This document shows positions 52,543 through 64,000 of a stretch of DNA of 64,000 bases, in pieces; position 1 is the first letter of the stretch; the number at the start of each line of letters is the position of its first letter. Source of the stretch: Phoronis australis (taxonomy: Eukaryota > Animalia > Phoronida); assembly GCA_002633005.1 (NCBI GenBank), contig NMRA01000001.1, positions 3,331,695 through 3,395,694 of the forward strand, written 5' to 3'. A program made the translations under genes and the position numbers. The notes below the pieces were generated by a model. The model worked only from the letters and a program-made list of their open reading frames with translations, did not search any database and had not been told where the DNA came from.

Positions 52543-55167
52543 GGGTCTACGGAACGCAGCCTACAAGACAAGCGCTTGCCAAATGTGCTGCATTGTGGAT
52601 AAATACGTTAGAATAAAAGTGGTGCTGTGCTATTTCAGGACGGACCTATTGTGTCTGGTCTCAAAAAACAAACTACCACTTTTTTCCAAACTTTGAAATC
52701 ACTTCCAGTTTGACTAAGAGACAAATAATACTGAGATTAACATCATAACGATGACTGATCTAAATAATTTTTTTGTGATGGAAGGTGGGTTTATAGCTGA
52801 TTTATAGTTGACATGACACTGAGGTACTTGAAAAGGATTATAACTTTCATGGATCAATACAGTGATTAGAGAAACGTAGACGAATGAGAACGCTGGTACT
52901 TTTATGAATGTATCAAACCGATATTTCAAAAGGTCCGTCCATCAAGGGTACCTAATCAAAGGATGGGAATTTTGTTTTGTATGCGTTTCTAATATGCCCC
53001 CACCCCTCAAATTTGTTCAATGTTTAACTCCCTAAACAGGCAAACAAAAAAAATTAAGAAAAAACACACACACTGGTAAGCGCCATCGTCTTTGTCATTA
53101 GACTAACTACTTATGACCACATCTTTTGGCAAGTTGTCTCAGTAACGGAATTACGGAATTCATTTTACCAGACAAAAATAATGCTTTGTCACTCAGTTGC
53201 CATTACTACAGAATAAGTTAACACTTGGTGATTGGATCTACCAGCAATTCTGTAGTTTTCTATTATGAATGTGGTACCAACAAATCACATTTCTATTAAC
53301 TAGTGACGTTAACAACAGCATAGAACGCCTTCGTTTTCGCCACAGTGTTCCACATTCTGTCCTGAACAGCCTCTCTCAGTATCGATTGAACTGTTTATGT
53401 CCCACTGGGAGTCAAGTTTCAATGCATCAATTGACAATGTTTAGTACAAAACAAGTTATTTGTCAGGCAACAGTTTAGACTTGAAGAGAGGTCGTGCTGA
53501 CAAAATAGGTAATGCGCTAATGACCTTCCACTTATTGTCTGTCCAACACCCACGAAGAGATTAGATTAGTTTACATCTCAAATGCCAACTTTCTTTCATT
53601 CCTAACTGTGTAACTCAGCACCTAATCATTTTTCAATATCGACCTTTCAAACCAAACCGTCTAGATCGCTGTTTTAAACCTTAGTATCGTTGCTGCGTCA
53701 AACTCGACTGGACATCATCAATAAAACAGCACTATAGTTTTATCTTCAAACTGGCAATTACACAACTTATGCTAGAAACTCGTCACTCGTGGGTAGAGAC
53801 CCCAGCTTGCATCTGAACGAAATTGCGATGTTTGATATGCAAGGAGTTTGTCATGAAGAACGGACGATTTTTTGTACATTGTAGCTACAAGAGTTTCATT
53901 TACTCATCTCACACGCTGTAGTTTAGAGTTTTTAAACAAGTTGAAACAATAAAACATTTAAAACTTTTGATTTTACATCTCAACATCGTAGACACTCCTT
54001 TCCCTGGGAAACGTTGAGAAGCTTTTTATAGAGGATCTGAGGTCCTGGTTCAAGTAAACACAATCAGTCATAGAAGGGAATCTTGCACTCTCATATCTTA
54101 GATTGACAAGACTGTTACCTAGCAAAAGTTGATCTAGGAAAATTTATCTCTGATTAATTCGTCGTACAGTTGAGCATAAAATCTAAACCGGCTACGGAAT
54201 CGCTGGCCGCGTCTCAACTGCTTGAAATACGGCTACGGGCTACCTCGTTTCAACCCTGTCGGTCCATCACTAAATATGCCCGCATGCAAGCTCCGAATGT
54301 TGGCTTGTCATGGCCCGTCATCTAAGGTCTCCAAGAATAACGAATACCTATTTATTTTCAATCCCAGAAATTCCTTCTAATTTGTGTAAGGGAGAAGATG
54401 AGACCGATCTTATATCAGTAACTGGTCTGAATCAAAAGTTCCGGCGCTTCTTGGACTCGGAACGCGGGACTGTAGCAGGTTTAACTCAAGTGAAAACTCA
54501 TGACTTTCAAGTGTACATTTTGACTTGAATGAGTTCAGAGTCTTCAGACTGCAGTTGAACGGGTTCAGTCAAAGGTATCACACAGTAAAAGTTGCAAGCA
54601 GTTAGCCCAAGCCCAGATAGCAGTATATTACGATAACATTGTTCTATAGTCAAATTCAGTCCTTAGAAACTATGATAAACTTTATAATTTATACTCCTAT
54701 GTATTGAACTATGGATTTTGTACGTATCCACAATGACTGCATTTTAAGCAGAGGTTTGATCCCGTTTTTTCAAGTCATTGCAAGGACCCCGCGTATAGTA
54801 AAATCACTATCTTTGAAGCTAACACAAATAAATATTCCCCTCTTATTCGACCGTACTTACTGAAGATTCAAAATCAAATATAGCATCCCAGGCTCGCATA
54901 CGCATTCAAATCACATCGTCGTGCAGTGGCGGTTACACGGCTTATGTGTAGAAATACCACCCTAGAGTTAATCGCATTATGTATTTACCTGGAGCAGCAG
55001 TAGTTACATATCCCAAGACCTAGCAACCTCAGGGCTCGGGAACACTAGAGTACCGACTGAAACCAATAATGTTCACAAACCCATAAAACGAACGGTGTGC
55101 CTACAAATGTCCGAGTCTATGGTAACGTAGAATGACAAAATGTTTACTGCTAACAACGTCAACTCAC

Positions 55168-55309
55168 CTGTTTCATCAGACAAATCTATAGTAACATCAC
55201 TGCCTTCGTAGCCCGTCCTTCGTTTAATACTTGTCAGTAAGTTTATCACCGCACAGCTAGGATTACAGAGCAGCGACTCGTTTTGTCCGTATTTCACAAC
55301 AATATACAT
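55168..55309 (-). CDS. CXorf65: CXorf65/C22orf15-family protein, first coding exon
   Basis: MYIVVKYGQNESLLCNPSCAVINLLTSIKRR...TIDLSDETG (human [21 protein letters not shown]...TIDLCEQTG). Donor G|gtgagt joins the 46541 exon in frame, giving ~155 aa. Confidence 0.78.
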
Positions 55310-56062
55310 ATTCTGTTGAAGTCCTCAGATGTGAGGCTCTAGGCACAAATTATAAATTACACACCAAAACAAACGCCGACAGTTCCATCAAACGCGTGTC
55401 AATATACGGTTACTCGGTTAGTCTGTACCTGTAAAGTCCCGCAAAACGCAAAGACCTCGTTTCGGTTTACATATTTGCCTTTACAATCACAACTTCTCAT
55501 AATACCCCCGTTTCTATTGGAGAGATCATAATACCCCTGAATGTACGTATTTGTATGAAGTCCTATTCACCGCAGTAGCCGGGTCGTGATTGGTCACCAA
55601 TGTTTACTTACACAGCCATAGATAAACTTTGTAAGTTCAATACACACGTCAAGAGTAAACATTAAACTGAACTATTATTTAATTTTAATCGAGTTTACAA
55701 CTCTGGACGTCACTGCCACCTATAGGAAGAAAGGGGAACGAACGCTGTTTACGATCCCGGTCACATTGAATAGCTCAGGAAACAGATCATTAATCAATTC
55801 GTACCGATAATAGTGCTCTTTTTAAAACAATAATGGCGCAGTTCTGCTTTATCTCGTTTTCAATTGATTGCTCTGAAAGTCACGTGCTCAGCAAGCACGT
55901 TGTACACGTTTTGACTGTTAACTTCTCCAATACACATTCCAGAAAACAGAAATCCCTTGTACGTCAAACCGTCTCGCCGTATGTTAACTGTTTTAACAGC
56001 ACCCATTTGTTCTATGGTATCACCTAATGATATTAATTCTAAAAAATCCTCTTAAGTAAAAT

Positions 56063-56064
<2 letters not shown>

Positions 56065-56118
<54 letters not shown>
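56065..56118. repeat. (AC)n microsatellite
   Basis: Pure AC dinucleotide run of ~54 bp. Confidence 0.95.
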
Positions 56119-56121
<3 letters not shown>

Positions 56122-56984
56122 CATACACACATACAGTGTTTGAATATATGTAACGCATTCGATTCTTTTCATACGACGTAAACTCATAGACTGTCTTAAA
56201 TCAAAAAGGCAATTAATTTCTTCACTACATTCTTGATAGTATCTAATTTTTCAGGCATAAATAGTTTTTTGTTGCAGAGAAAATTCGTGTAGGCCTATTT
56301 GTTCTTTACACCGAGGACACAAAAATGCACACAATAAGGGGGAAGGGTGTCGCGAAGAAGAACCGGGTTGAGTTCCGTAGACTCAAGGATCTCGCTATGG
56401 AAACTGGCGTCATTGCGTGCTTTGAAAGTAATACATGGCTATATCTAGCAAAGCCTTGGGCGATCTTACGTTTACGAGAGGTTCTGGTGTATACAGAACG
56501 CAGGTCTGGTTTCGACGACCACTCAGTGGCGCCACCAGTTCGCGTTCTTGGTAGACTTATTCTTGTTACAGTTTTCCTCTACACAAAATAGTCAAAATGT
56601 GTTTCGAATATTTTCATATCGTGAAAGATTCACAAACACGCCTTTTATTGAGTTGGATCATAAGAAGAGTGGCAAAAAAGACCTCGGCTCAGTTTAACTG
56701 AATTGGCCAACTTCGGAAAGTGGTCTGTTTCTCACCACTCTCAGCTTCCCCCATCAACTGTTTTTGATGCTAAAAACCCTGCAATTGTTGTCAAAGAAAG
56801 GAAAGTTTTGAAACCAGTATGTTAGGGCTGATCAGACTATTTCACGATTATCATCTCAGACCACAAGTAACTTTGTGAAGAAGACAGTTACCACTACACG
56901 TTCGTTGGCAGCATAAGTCCGTGGTTCAAGCCCGACGAGACGGTCTCGCCAACTGGTGACCAGTGATGCATAGATAGGTAGATA

Positions 56985-57060
56985 GTGAGGCTCAGTAGTT
57001 TGAGCTCCGGTCTCCTGTTTGGGAGACCTTGTGTTCGAATCCTGACTTCACTGGCTGACC
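56985..57060 (+). mobile_element. degenerate tRNA-derived SINE head
   Basis: A-box-like GGCTCAGTAGTTTGAGC and B-box-like GTTCGAATCC at tRNA-like spacing. No convincing full cloverleaf. Confidence 0.4.
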
Positions 57061-59512
57061 ATCAACTACTACACAAAGGTGTCTCCGACTCCTACGAGTT
57101 CGGTCTCACTAGTGAATGTAAGCAAAGGAGAGAAGGAGAACCTGAATATAATACAAAAGCAATTTCTGGAGCTGTGTTCATATTTTTTACCACAAGTAAC
57201 AAGGAAATATCCCTTCAAAGCTGAATTTCACCCAGTGCACATGGCTAAAAGGAAAATTGAATTATGTCTCTTACTCTCAGTGACATCGACCACGTAATAT
57301 TTTTACCGTGATGCGACTCTGCTTTCGGAATTAGAAAATTCTATAACGGTAAGGAATATTATGAGACCGATTCTTTGAGAGTAAAAGGCCTAACTCGATT
57401 TTCGGTATTAAGTCCCCTAAGCAGGTGAATTTGAGTTTAGACATTCGCCAATGCGTTTGATATAATTCACAGTTGGGTTATTTTTTGGCAAAAACAGCCG
57501 GCGCGCGGCACAGAAGAAAACGAGAATCTGAGCCAAGAGTGCTTAGAAGATCTTTTTGCACACAACGAACAGACTGAGAAGCACATCTGTAAAACCTCCA
57601 GCAGCCGTAAAAGTACATATTCGTGATGAAGCTGACCGGAGGTCTGTTTCATGAAAAGTGAAATTCGGTCTTACCCTTCCACTTCAGAATTGCTGAATAA
57701 AAATTTAACCAAGTAATTGAGATAATGTCAGTCTAGAAAAAAATCATCAAAAATTATCTTAGTATTTATCAGTTATGCGCAAATTGACTTTCAGAATCTT
57801 TCTTGTCGAGCATTGACAGTTAAAGAGACATGGAACACGAAAGCTCGTCAAAATATCTTTTAAACAATTCCTGACGAAAGTAGCATCTCGCAAAGTCCAC
57901 TTTCCCATCTGAGGAAATTTCCAGAAAAAAATTCGAATTTCACGATTTTTAAAATACGTGCGAAGGAAAAACTCTGTGGTTACCACAGAGTTTCTAATCT
58001 CCCTCCCACTTGTGATAAATGCGGGCATGAGTTCAGAGTCAGTTGCTTGAGGTCAAAGGTCACATTTTCCATATAAGGGAAATGTGCTACGTCAATATCT
58101 TGCTATACCAAATAAGAAGACGTGCTTTGCTTGGTGGGAGAAAAATCGACGAAGTGGCGATCAGTTAACACATCGTTTTTTTGAAATGCGATATCACAGG
58201 AAATGCTTTGATAACAACAGAAATAAAAAATCTTTATGAACAAATCCTAAAAATACCTGGTGAGTAGGTTGAGCTCTGTTTCAGTGGCACAGATCCACTT
58301 TGTTGCATTTTAGGCTGTTTATCGCGTTCCAGGCCTCTTTAAGCAGTGGTCTTGGGCCGTTTTCGAAAAAAGTTCACGTACGGAAAATTTGATCGTGTAA
58401 TTTTTTGTTTACCCCAGGGATTGGAAGTTAAACTGCACCATTTTTTCTGCTTTTACCACAATCTGTCATGAGGTCTCGCGAAGCATTTGTTAATTCGTGC
58501 ATGTCGTGCGTAGAGATTACACGCGTAAATTTCCACCTTTATTGACTAACAAAGAGGAAATTGCTTCTTGGATAAAACAATCGAAGTGGTAAATCTGAGG
58601 CAGTTACGCTTACTATATAAACTGGCGCGTAGACATTGTATTTATCTCGTGTCCTGGTGGAGAAAAATGCGCAACAGCCGTATACGCAGGAATATGAAAA
58701 AATGAGAATTACAGAATTCAGGTAAGAAATTCTTTTTGCCCACAACCATACCATGTTTTTCGTTGAGAAAACAGCACCAAAATTGACTTTAAAATCCCCT
58801 GACCTCTTGAAATCAAGCGCTGAGTGTAAACCAAGTTAGCAGAGGATCAGTTTTAGTTAAGCTAACTACTTAGACATCATTGAATCCAAACCTCGGATTA
58901 ATCAAGAGTGTGCATTTACCTTTGCCAACGATACGAAAAAGCTCAAATCAGCTAAAATTTCTTTCACGCTCCTCAAATGGAAAATGCGCACGGAAATAAT
59001 AATATGAGACACAGACCTGTAACATAATTAAAACGAATTTAGAATCAATTTGTCTCCAAAGCACATTTACAAATCCGAATGCCAGCAAATTATATTTATA
59101 ATAACTAAGTGGATTGAAAGTAAAACGAATACTATTACTAGAAAATTGAAAGCATCAGTCAAAATCAGGAATTTGAACACGAGACCAGCGGACAAGCAAG
59201 CCCCGCCAATCACATAAAAATTTTCAAAGTTTCCCATTCAGAGGTTAACAAATAGAGTCGCCCACCTGCATCCACGTAATCGAAATGTTTAGCCTCGTGT
59301 GTTTTATTTTGTTTCTGAGTAAAAGGTTTTGAAAATACGTTTCACTCAGAAATCAATAGTTCGCATAAATATTCGATATTTTATCGGGGTTCCAATGGTT
59401 TCGCACTGGGTTCATACGTTGCTCCCCTAACAAACTTTATTGTATGAACAGCATAATTTATGTGTTTGATTGTTCGCGTCTCGCAAACTCATTAGGAAAC
59501 ATTTCAAGGGTA

Positions 59513-59579
59513 ACAAACATCAGAAAGTGAAGTCATAAATAGAAGGGGAGCAAACATCAGAAAGTGAAGTCATAAATAG
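59513..59579. repeat. short direct repeat (29 bp x2)
   Basis: CAAACATCAGAAAGTGAAGTCATAAATAG occurs twice, separated by AAGGGGAG. Confidence 0.85.
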
Positions 59580-60139
59580 TCTGGCCGAAGCGATAACCGT
59601 TGACAACTTTCAAGCAGGCATCCAAAAAATCCTCTAAATCTAGTGACAGGACTGAAAATGTCTATGTTTTCTACCACCAGATGGAATGGCCGAACCAACT
59701 GGCCCACAATGCAGTTTTTTGGTTAAACAAACTTTAGTGAAACACGACATTTCATAATTGCTTTTAATGACCTTAATAGATAAAAGCTCTAACATTGGCA
59801 CCAAATTGATCTCCCGTCAGAGAGACGAAGTACTGGAAAGTTGTACAGTATGTTTTCTCATTATGTGATAAGAATATAAAGCCTGTGATTTTGACTTTTT
59901 GTGCTCTCCTCAGTGCCATGAGCCTGGGTCATCTTTTACTTCAATTGGCGGCTGACGCGAGATCAGTCTGCCACCAATTATACCCTTTATCTGTTGAGGC
60001 CATTAAAACAAAATGTAACGTTGTGTTTGATAAAATTTGTCTCACGGACAATTTCCTGCCAATATACTCGGTATTCGAATTTCTACAGTAATCTATTTAT
60101 TTAGGACACTGAAAGAAAAAATAATATTTTTAAATTTCC

Positions 60140-60330
60140 ATGAAATATCTCGAAAATTCGAGATTTTAAGTCAAAATTTTGAGATAGTATTTCGAAATTT
60201 TAAGTTACAATATCGAAACCTCAAGATACTATTATATTCAATGTCTTATATTGGGCTCTGCTTTTGGAAATAGCTTTCAGTAATTTCAAGATACTTAGTC
60301 GCAATTTTGGGATACTATCTCGAATTTACC
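60140..60330. repeat. degenerate ~21-bp minisatellite (GAGATACTATCTCGAAATTTT-like)
   Basis: Recurring TCGAAA/TCAAAA-ATTTT-GAGAT units with self-complementary halves. Confidence 0.55.
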
Positions 60331-62044
60331 AGTCGCTACAGCTTTGACTACAGAGCATACTCGAACACAATTCACTCGTTTCTATGTCACGCTCAGGATA
60401 AAATAATGTCTTTGTTGTGGCCGCAGTTAAAGTGAACAGATCCGCTCCAAGCATGTTACTCTAGAGTAGTTATTCCTGAAGATGCAAAAATCCCTTAAGC
60501 TGCATTGAAAAAAATCCAATCGTATTTAAAAAACGAAAAAGGATTTAGAAACCATTGTCTTAGACAGTTGTCAAAAGACGTTTACTCCAAATGAGACTTT
60601 TACTTTACGAATTGAATCAGTGCTCCAGCGTCGTCAATCAAATGTGACACTACTGATGAAATGCAACGGAAGTTAAATCCAAGTCTAAATAGACAATAAA
60701 CGTATTAGCGACTACCAAACGTTTCAAATGATAAGATGACTTTTCATAAAATTCCTACATTTCTACTATCCTATGAGACAGAATTCTTCTTGTTGAGCAT
60801 CTCTCAGTTGTCTCTTTCCCTGTTCTTCCATGTAACTTGATATAGAACGTGAATGCGTTCACACGTGAGAGGAGTAAACCGTGTTTGGTGTCAAAAAGGC
60901 CAACTTTTGAGATGTAAAGAGATTTTAAGGGTCTATTTCATGAAACTGAATGAAGACTTATTACGCTCCCCCTTACAATTGCTAAAAATGGTTTAGTCAA
61001 GTAATTATGGGAAGATCACAGTCTAGAAATAATTTATTGAAAGTTTCTCGGTAACAAAAATGTATATGTATATTCTCAGAGACTTTTCACTTTTTCTTAA
61101 GTTCGATTTAATCATTTTTCATAAATGCTTTTTTGGAGCGTAAGATCAAATTCCAGTCTTTTGTTTTAAGCCAGTTTTCGTATAATAGCTCCTGTGCAAT
61201 TCATCCCTGCTTGAGAGTTGGCATACTAACTAGTAACAGTCATTTTAAACAATCCGATCCCAAGCAATAATGATCTGCTGCTTGCTCTCCAGGTGGTCTA
61301 TAATGTTTCATTATTCAAAAACCTCTTTATCTCGTGCAAGAGAAGAGACCCATGTCGAAGGCTGTTCATGTGCCTATGATGCAGCGAATGACAAGGTCAT
61401 GTTAAAAGAACATGCGGCCCGCCTGCGTCAAAAGTCGAGCTTGGGCGCTCATCCCTGTGTGCAAAATAATTATTTTAATGAGCAAAAATATGTTTAAAAA
61501 TTAAATCATTTCGCATATGGAAATATGGAAATAAATGTGCACGTTTTCGATAATTCATGAATTGCTTGTTGACTTTATCAAAATCTTGTTTCTAAGTTAC
61601 TGAACAACGATAAGTAGTTGTCAATTGATATGTGAATACTTTTTCAGTGGATAACCAGTATATTCGTATTTAAGAGGCCCTTTTCAATTTTTCTTGAAAA
61701 TTTTGTTAAAATTTGTTTATAACGGTGTAAGTTCATTTTAAACGGACGAGCAAACAAGGAAAATAGCAAGATCTTGATAGCGGACTTCGGGCGTACCCAA
61801 GGGTGTTACAGAGGCGAACGCACCTCCCTTTCGGGAATCGAGGTCCGTTTTGGAAAAATTTACAGTAGCTGCTGCAATTATGAAGTTTGCGACAGTTTGT
61901 GGTCTAACAAAGTGTCCAGCCACCAGGTGGCGACACCGTTTCGTTCACAAGTCGGCTCACACAGAACTTACAAACCTGTGAAAATCCTTTCGAGAGTCCA
62001 CTCAAAAATAGTTCGGCACAGAGGCAATTTACGAGAAAGGGGAG

Positions 62045-62855
62045 CAGATTGAAGAATTGAAAACTAGTTATCAATAGCAGAAAAGTTCGCTTAGCATTGC
62101 TTTTGATGTCCGATATTGTATGATAATGTCATGCTTTTTTCGTTTTAAAGTGCCGCGCGTAGAGATAACCCGACCGGATATCAATAAAGTTAAAAACGCT
62201 AATGTTGTCATACAAAGTAAATGAAGCGCTGTGTAAACAACATTCTAAAGAGCTAAAATCAATATCTCAAGTAGTGAAAAGGCCACCAGGTTATGTTTTA
62301 AAGTCATATGATTATCAGAGGGCGAATTTCTGGTGATTTGCACGACTTCGGCACTAGATTACCACCGCTCACGGGAAGTTCTTTACCCGGGAAGTCTGCA
62401 AGTCGGCAGTCGAATCGAATTGACTTAGCTTGGGGTCGCATCCATGGTTNCAGATTGAAGAATTGAAAACTAGTTATCAATAGCAGAAAAGTTCGCTTAG
62501 CATTGCTTTTGATGTCCGATATTGTAAGATAATGTCATGCTTTTTTCGTTTTAAAGTGCCGCGCGTAGAGATAACCCGACCGGATATCAATAAAGTTAAA
62601 AACGTTAATGTTGTCATACAAAGTAAATGAAGCGCTGTGTAAACAACATTCTAAAGAGCTAAAATCAATATCTCAAGTAGTGAAAAGGCCACCAGGTTAT
62701 GTTTTAAAGTCATATGATTATCAGAGGGCGAATTTCTGGTGATTTGCACGAGTTCGGCACAAGATTACCACCGCTCATGGGAAGTTCTTTACCCGGGAAG
62801 TCTGCAAGTCGGCAGTCGAATCGAATTGACTTAGCTTGGGGTCGCATCCATGGTT
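62045..62855. repeat. ~405-bp tandem duplication split by N at 62450, probable haplotype overlap
   Basis: Near-identical copies with a single N at the junction. Confidence 0.9.
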
Positions 62856-64000
62856 ACTGTAACCCTTCTGAATAGGGCAAGGGCACAAAGCACTGTACCA
62901 CGGCGTTCAAAATAAGTTCTCTCATTTTCTCTCTTTTTCCATTTCTTACAATGAAAATTTCCTGCTACTGTTACTTCATTATCACATGAAGGTGCGCGTG
63001 TATGGTTGGTGCAGAGTGGCATAATTTCGATTTATGTCGGCATAAATTAAAGTTATGTCGCACTGCGCCAACCATACGCGTGCACATAGGTCAACAGTGT
63101 CATGGAGAGATGTTTTCGTAAGCACAGAAACAAAACAGTTAGGGGCCTATGTTCTGTGACAAGTAAAATGAAGTAGAAAACGTGAAATGTGCAGAAAATA
63201 AGTAGATGGGACGCATTGGTGGTCTTTATTAACAATACAGATTTGGAGGTGTATAATTTTGGTATTGTTCACGATTCAATGTGAAATGAAGCACTTGTTG
63301 CTGATTGCTACCTGTTTCGAAGGCTGTACAAATTAAAAGCAATTATTCTTACTGTTTACAGTAATTATCCATCGGTCACGGAAAAGATGTTTGGTAACAG
63401 GGGCAGACTGGCCTTTGACCTCGCGCTGCGGCTGGCTCATGGCATTTGTCCGCATGACTTTTTTTAAAAATTGCTCTGTTAGCAATCATATTTCGGTCCC
63501 TCATGCTTGCCGCGCTTGGTATAAAAGAGCACATCAAAAACAAAATAAAATAATCTAATGCAATAGCCGTGCCCAATTTAAAGGCATTGAATACAAACGG
63601 TTTAAAGAGCGAAAAACGCATCTTGGGAATATTGTTGTTGGGTGTGAAAGAGTTCATGAAGTTATTGACTTCCCCCAGAGCTATAAAATAACAAAATCCA
63701 TTGTGCTTTGATGACTTTGTTAGAAGTTGTCATTTCCCAATGTGGACTTCCAGTCACATGGTAGAATCAAATGAAATCGAGTAACTGACCTTATCAGCTG
63801 TTTGTTGTGCAATAAAAAGGTCGGAGACGTCGGCGGCAGTGATAATCAAAACTGGCGTAAAAAGAAGAGAACTAATCTCCGGATTACGTATGAGAAGAAG
63901 AGAACAGCTGAATCACATTGGATGTGTAACCTCTCTAAAATAAGCATGCGGGAACGAAATCGAGGCTCCGGACTGCCGTGCGAGATGAGTTGAACGTTTC

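Noticed and set aside
56985-57060. Functional tRNA gene
   Set aside because: A- and B-box-like motifs are present, but the stems are degenerate and there is no poly-T terminator; treated as a SINE remnant.
56200-64000. Short ORFs in the right-hand 8 kb
   Set aside because: No recognisable domains or consistent splice chain. Appears intergenic or intronic with decayed repeats.

Overview
AT-rich, intron-rich animal DNA, probably from a marine invertebrate and clearly a heterozygous draft assembly. It is not prokaryotic, and no CRISPR, rRNA or intact tRNA was seen. Five spliced genes were reconstructed by hand from splice sites and reading phase. (1) The 5' part of a bark beetle/anakonda-like SRCR + beta-helix protein (- strand, 1.7-8.0 kb), running off the window. 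(2) An uncharacterised 298-aa single-pass membrane protein with an adaptor-like tyrosine-motif tail (+, 14.2-15.1 kb). (3) An ETAA1-like ATR activator (-, 17.6 to >23.7 kb; start codon not resolved). (4) A complete 11-exon CDIN1/C15orf41 orthologue (+, 31.6-40.6 kb), head-to-head with ETAA1 and containing a U12-type intron. (5) A CXorf65/C22orf15-family gene (-, 46.2-55.3 kb). Five near-identical tandem duplications each sit on an N or an N-gap and are most likely uncollapsed haplotypes. They expose allele-specific transposon insertions. Two small palindromic elements carry 8-bp target-site duplications. Family assignments rest on recalled motifs, not database searches. I found no strong evidence for a wholly new multi-gene system; the best novelty candidate is the LAT/PAG-like membrane adaptor.
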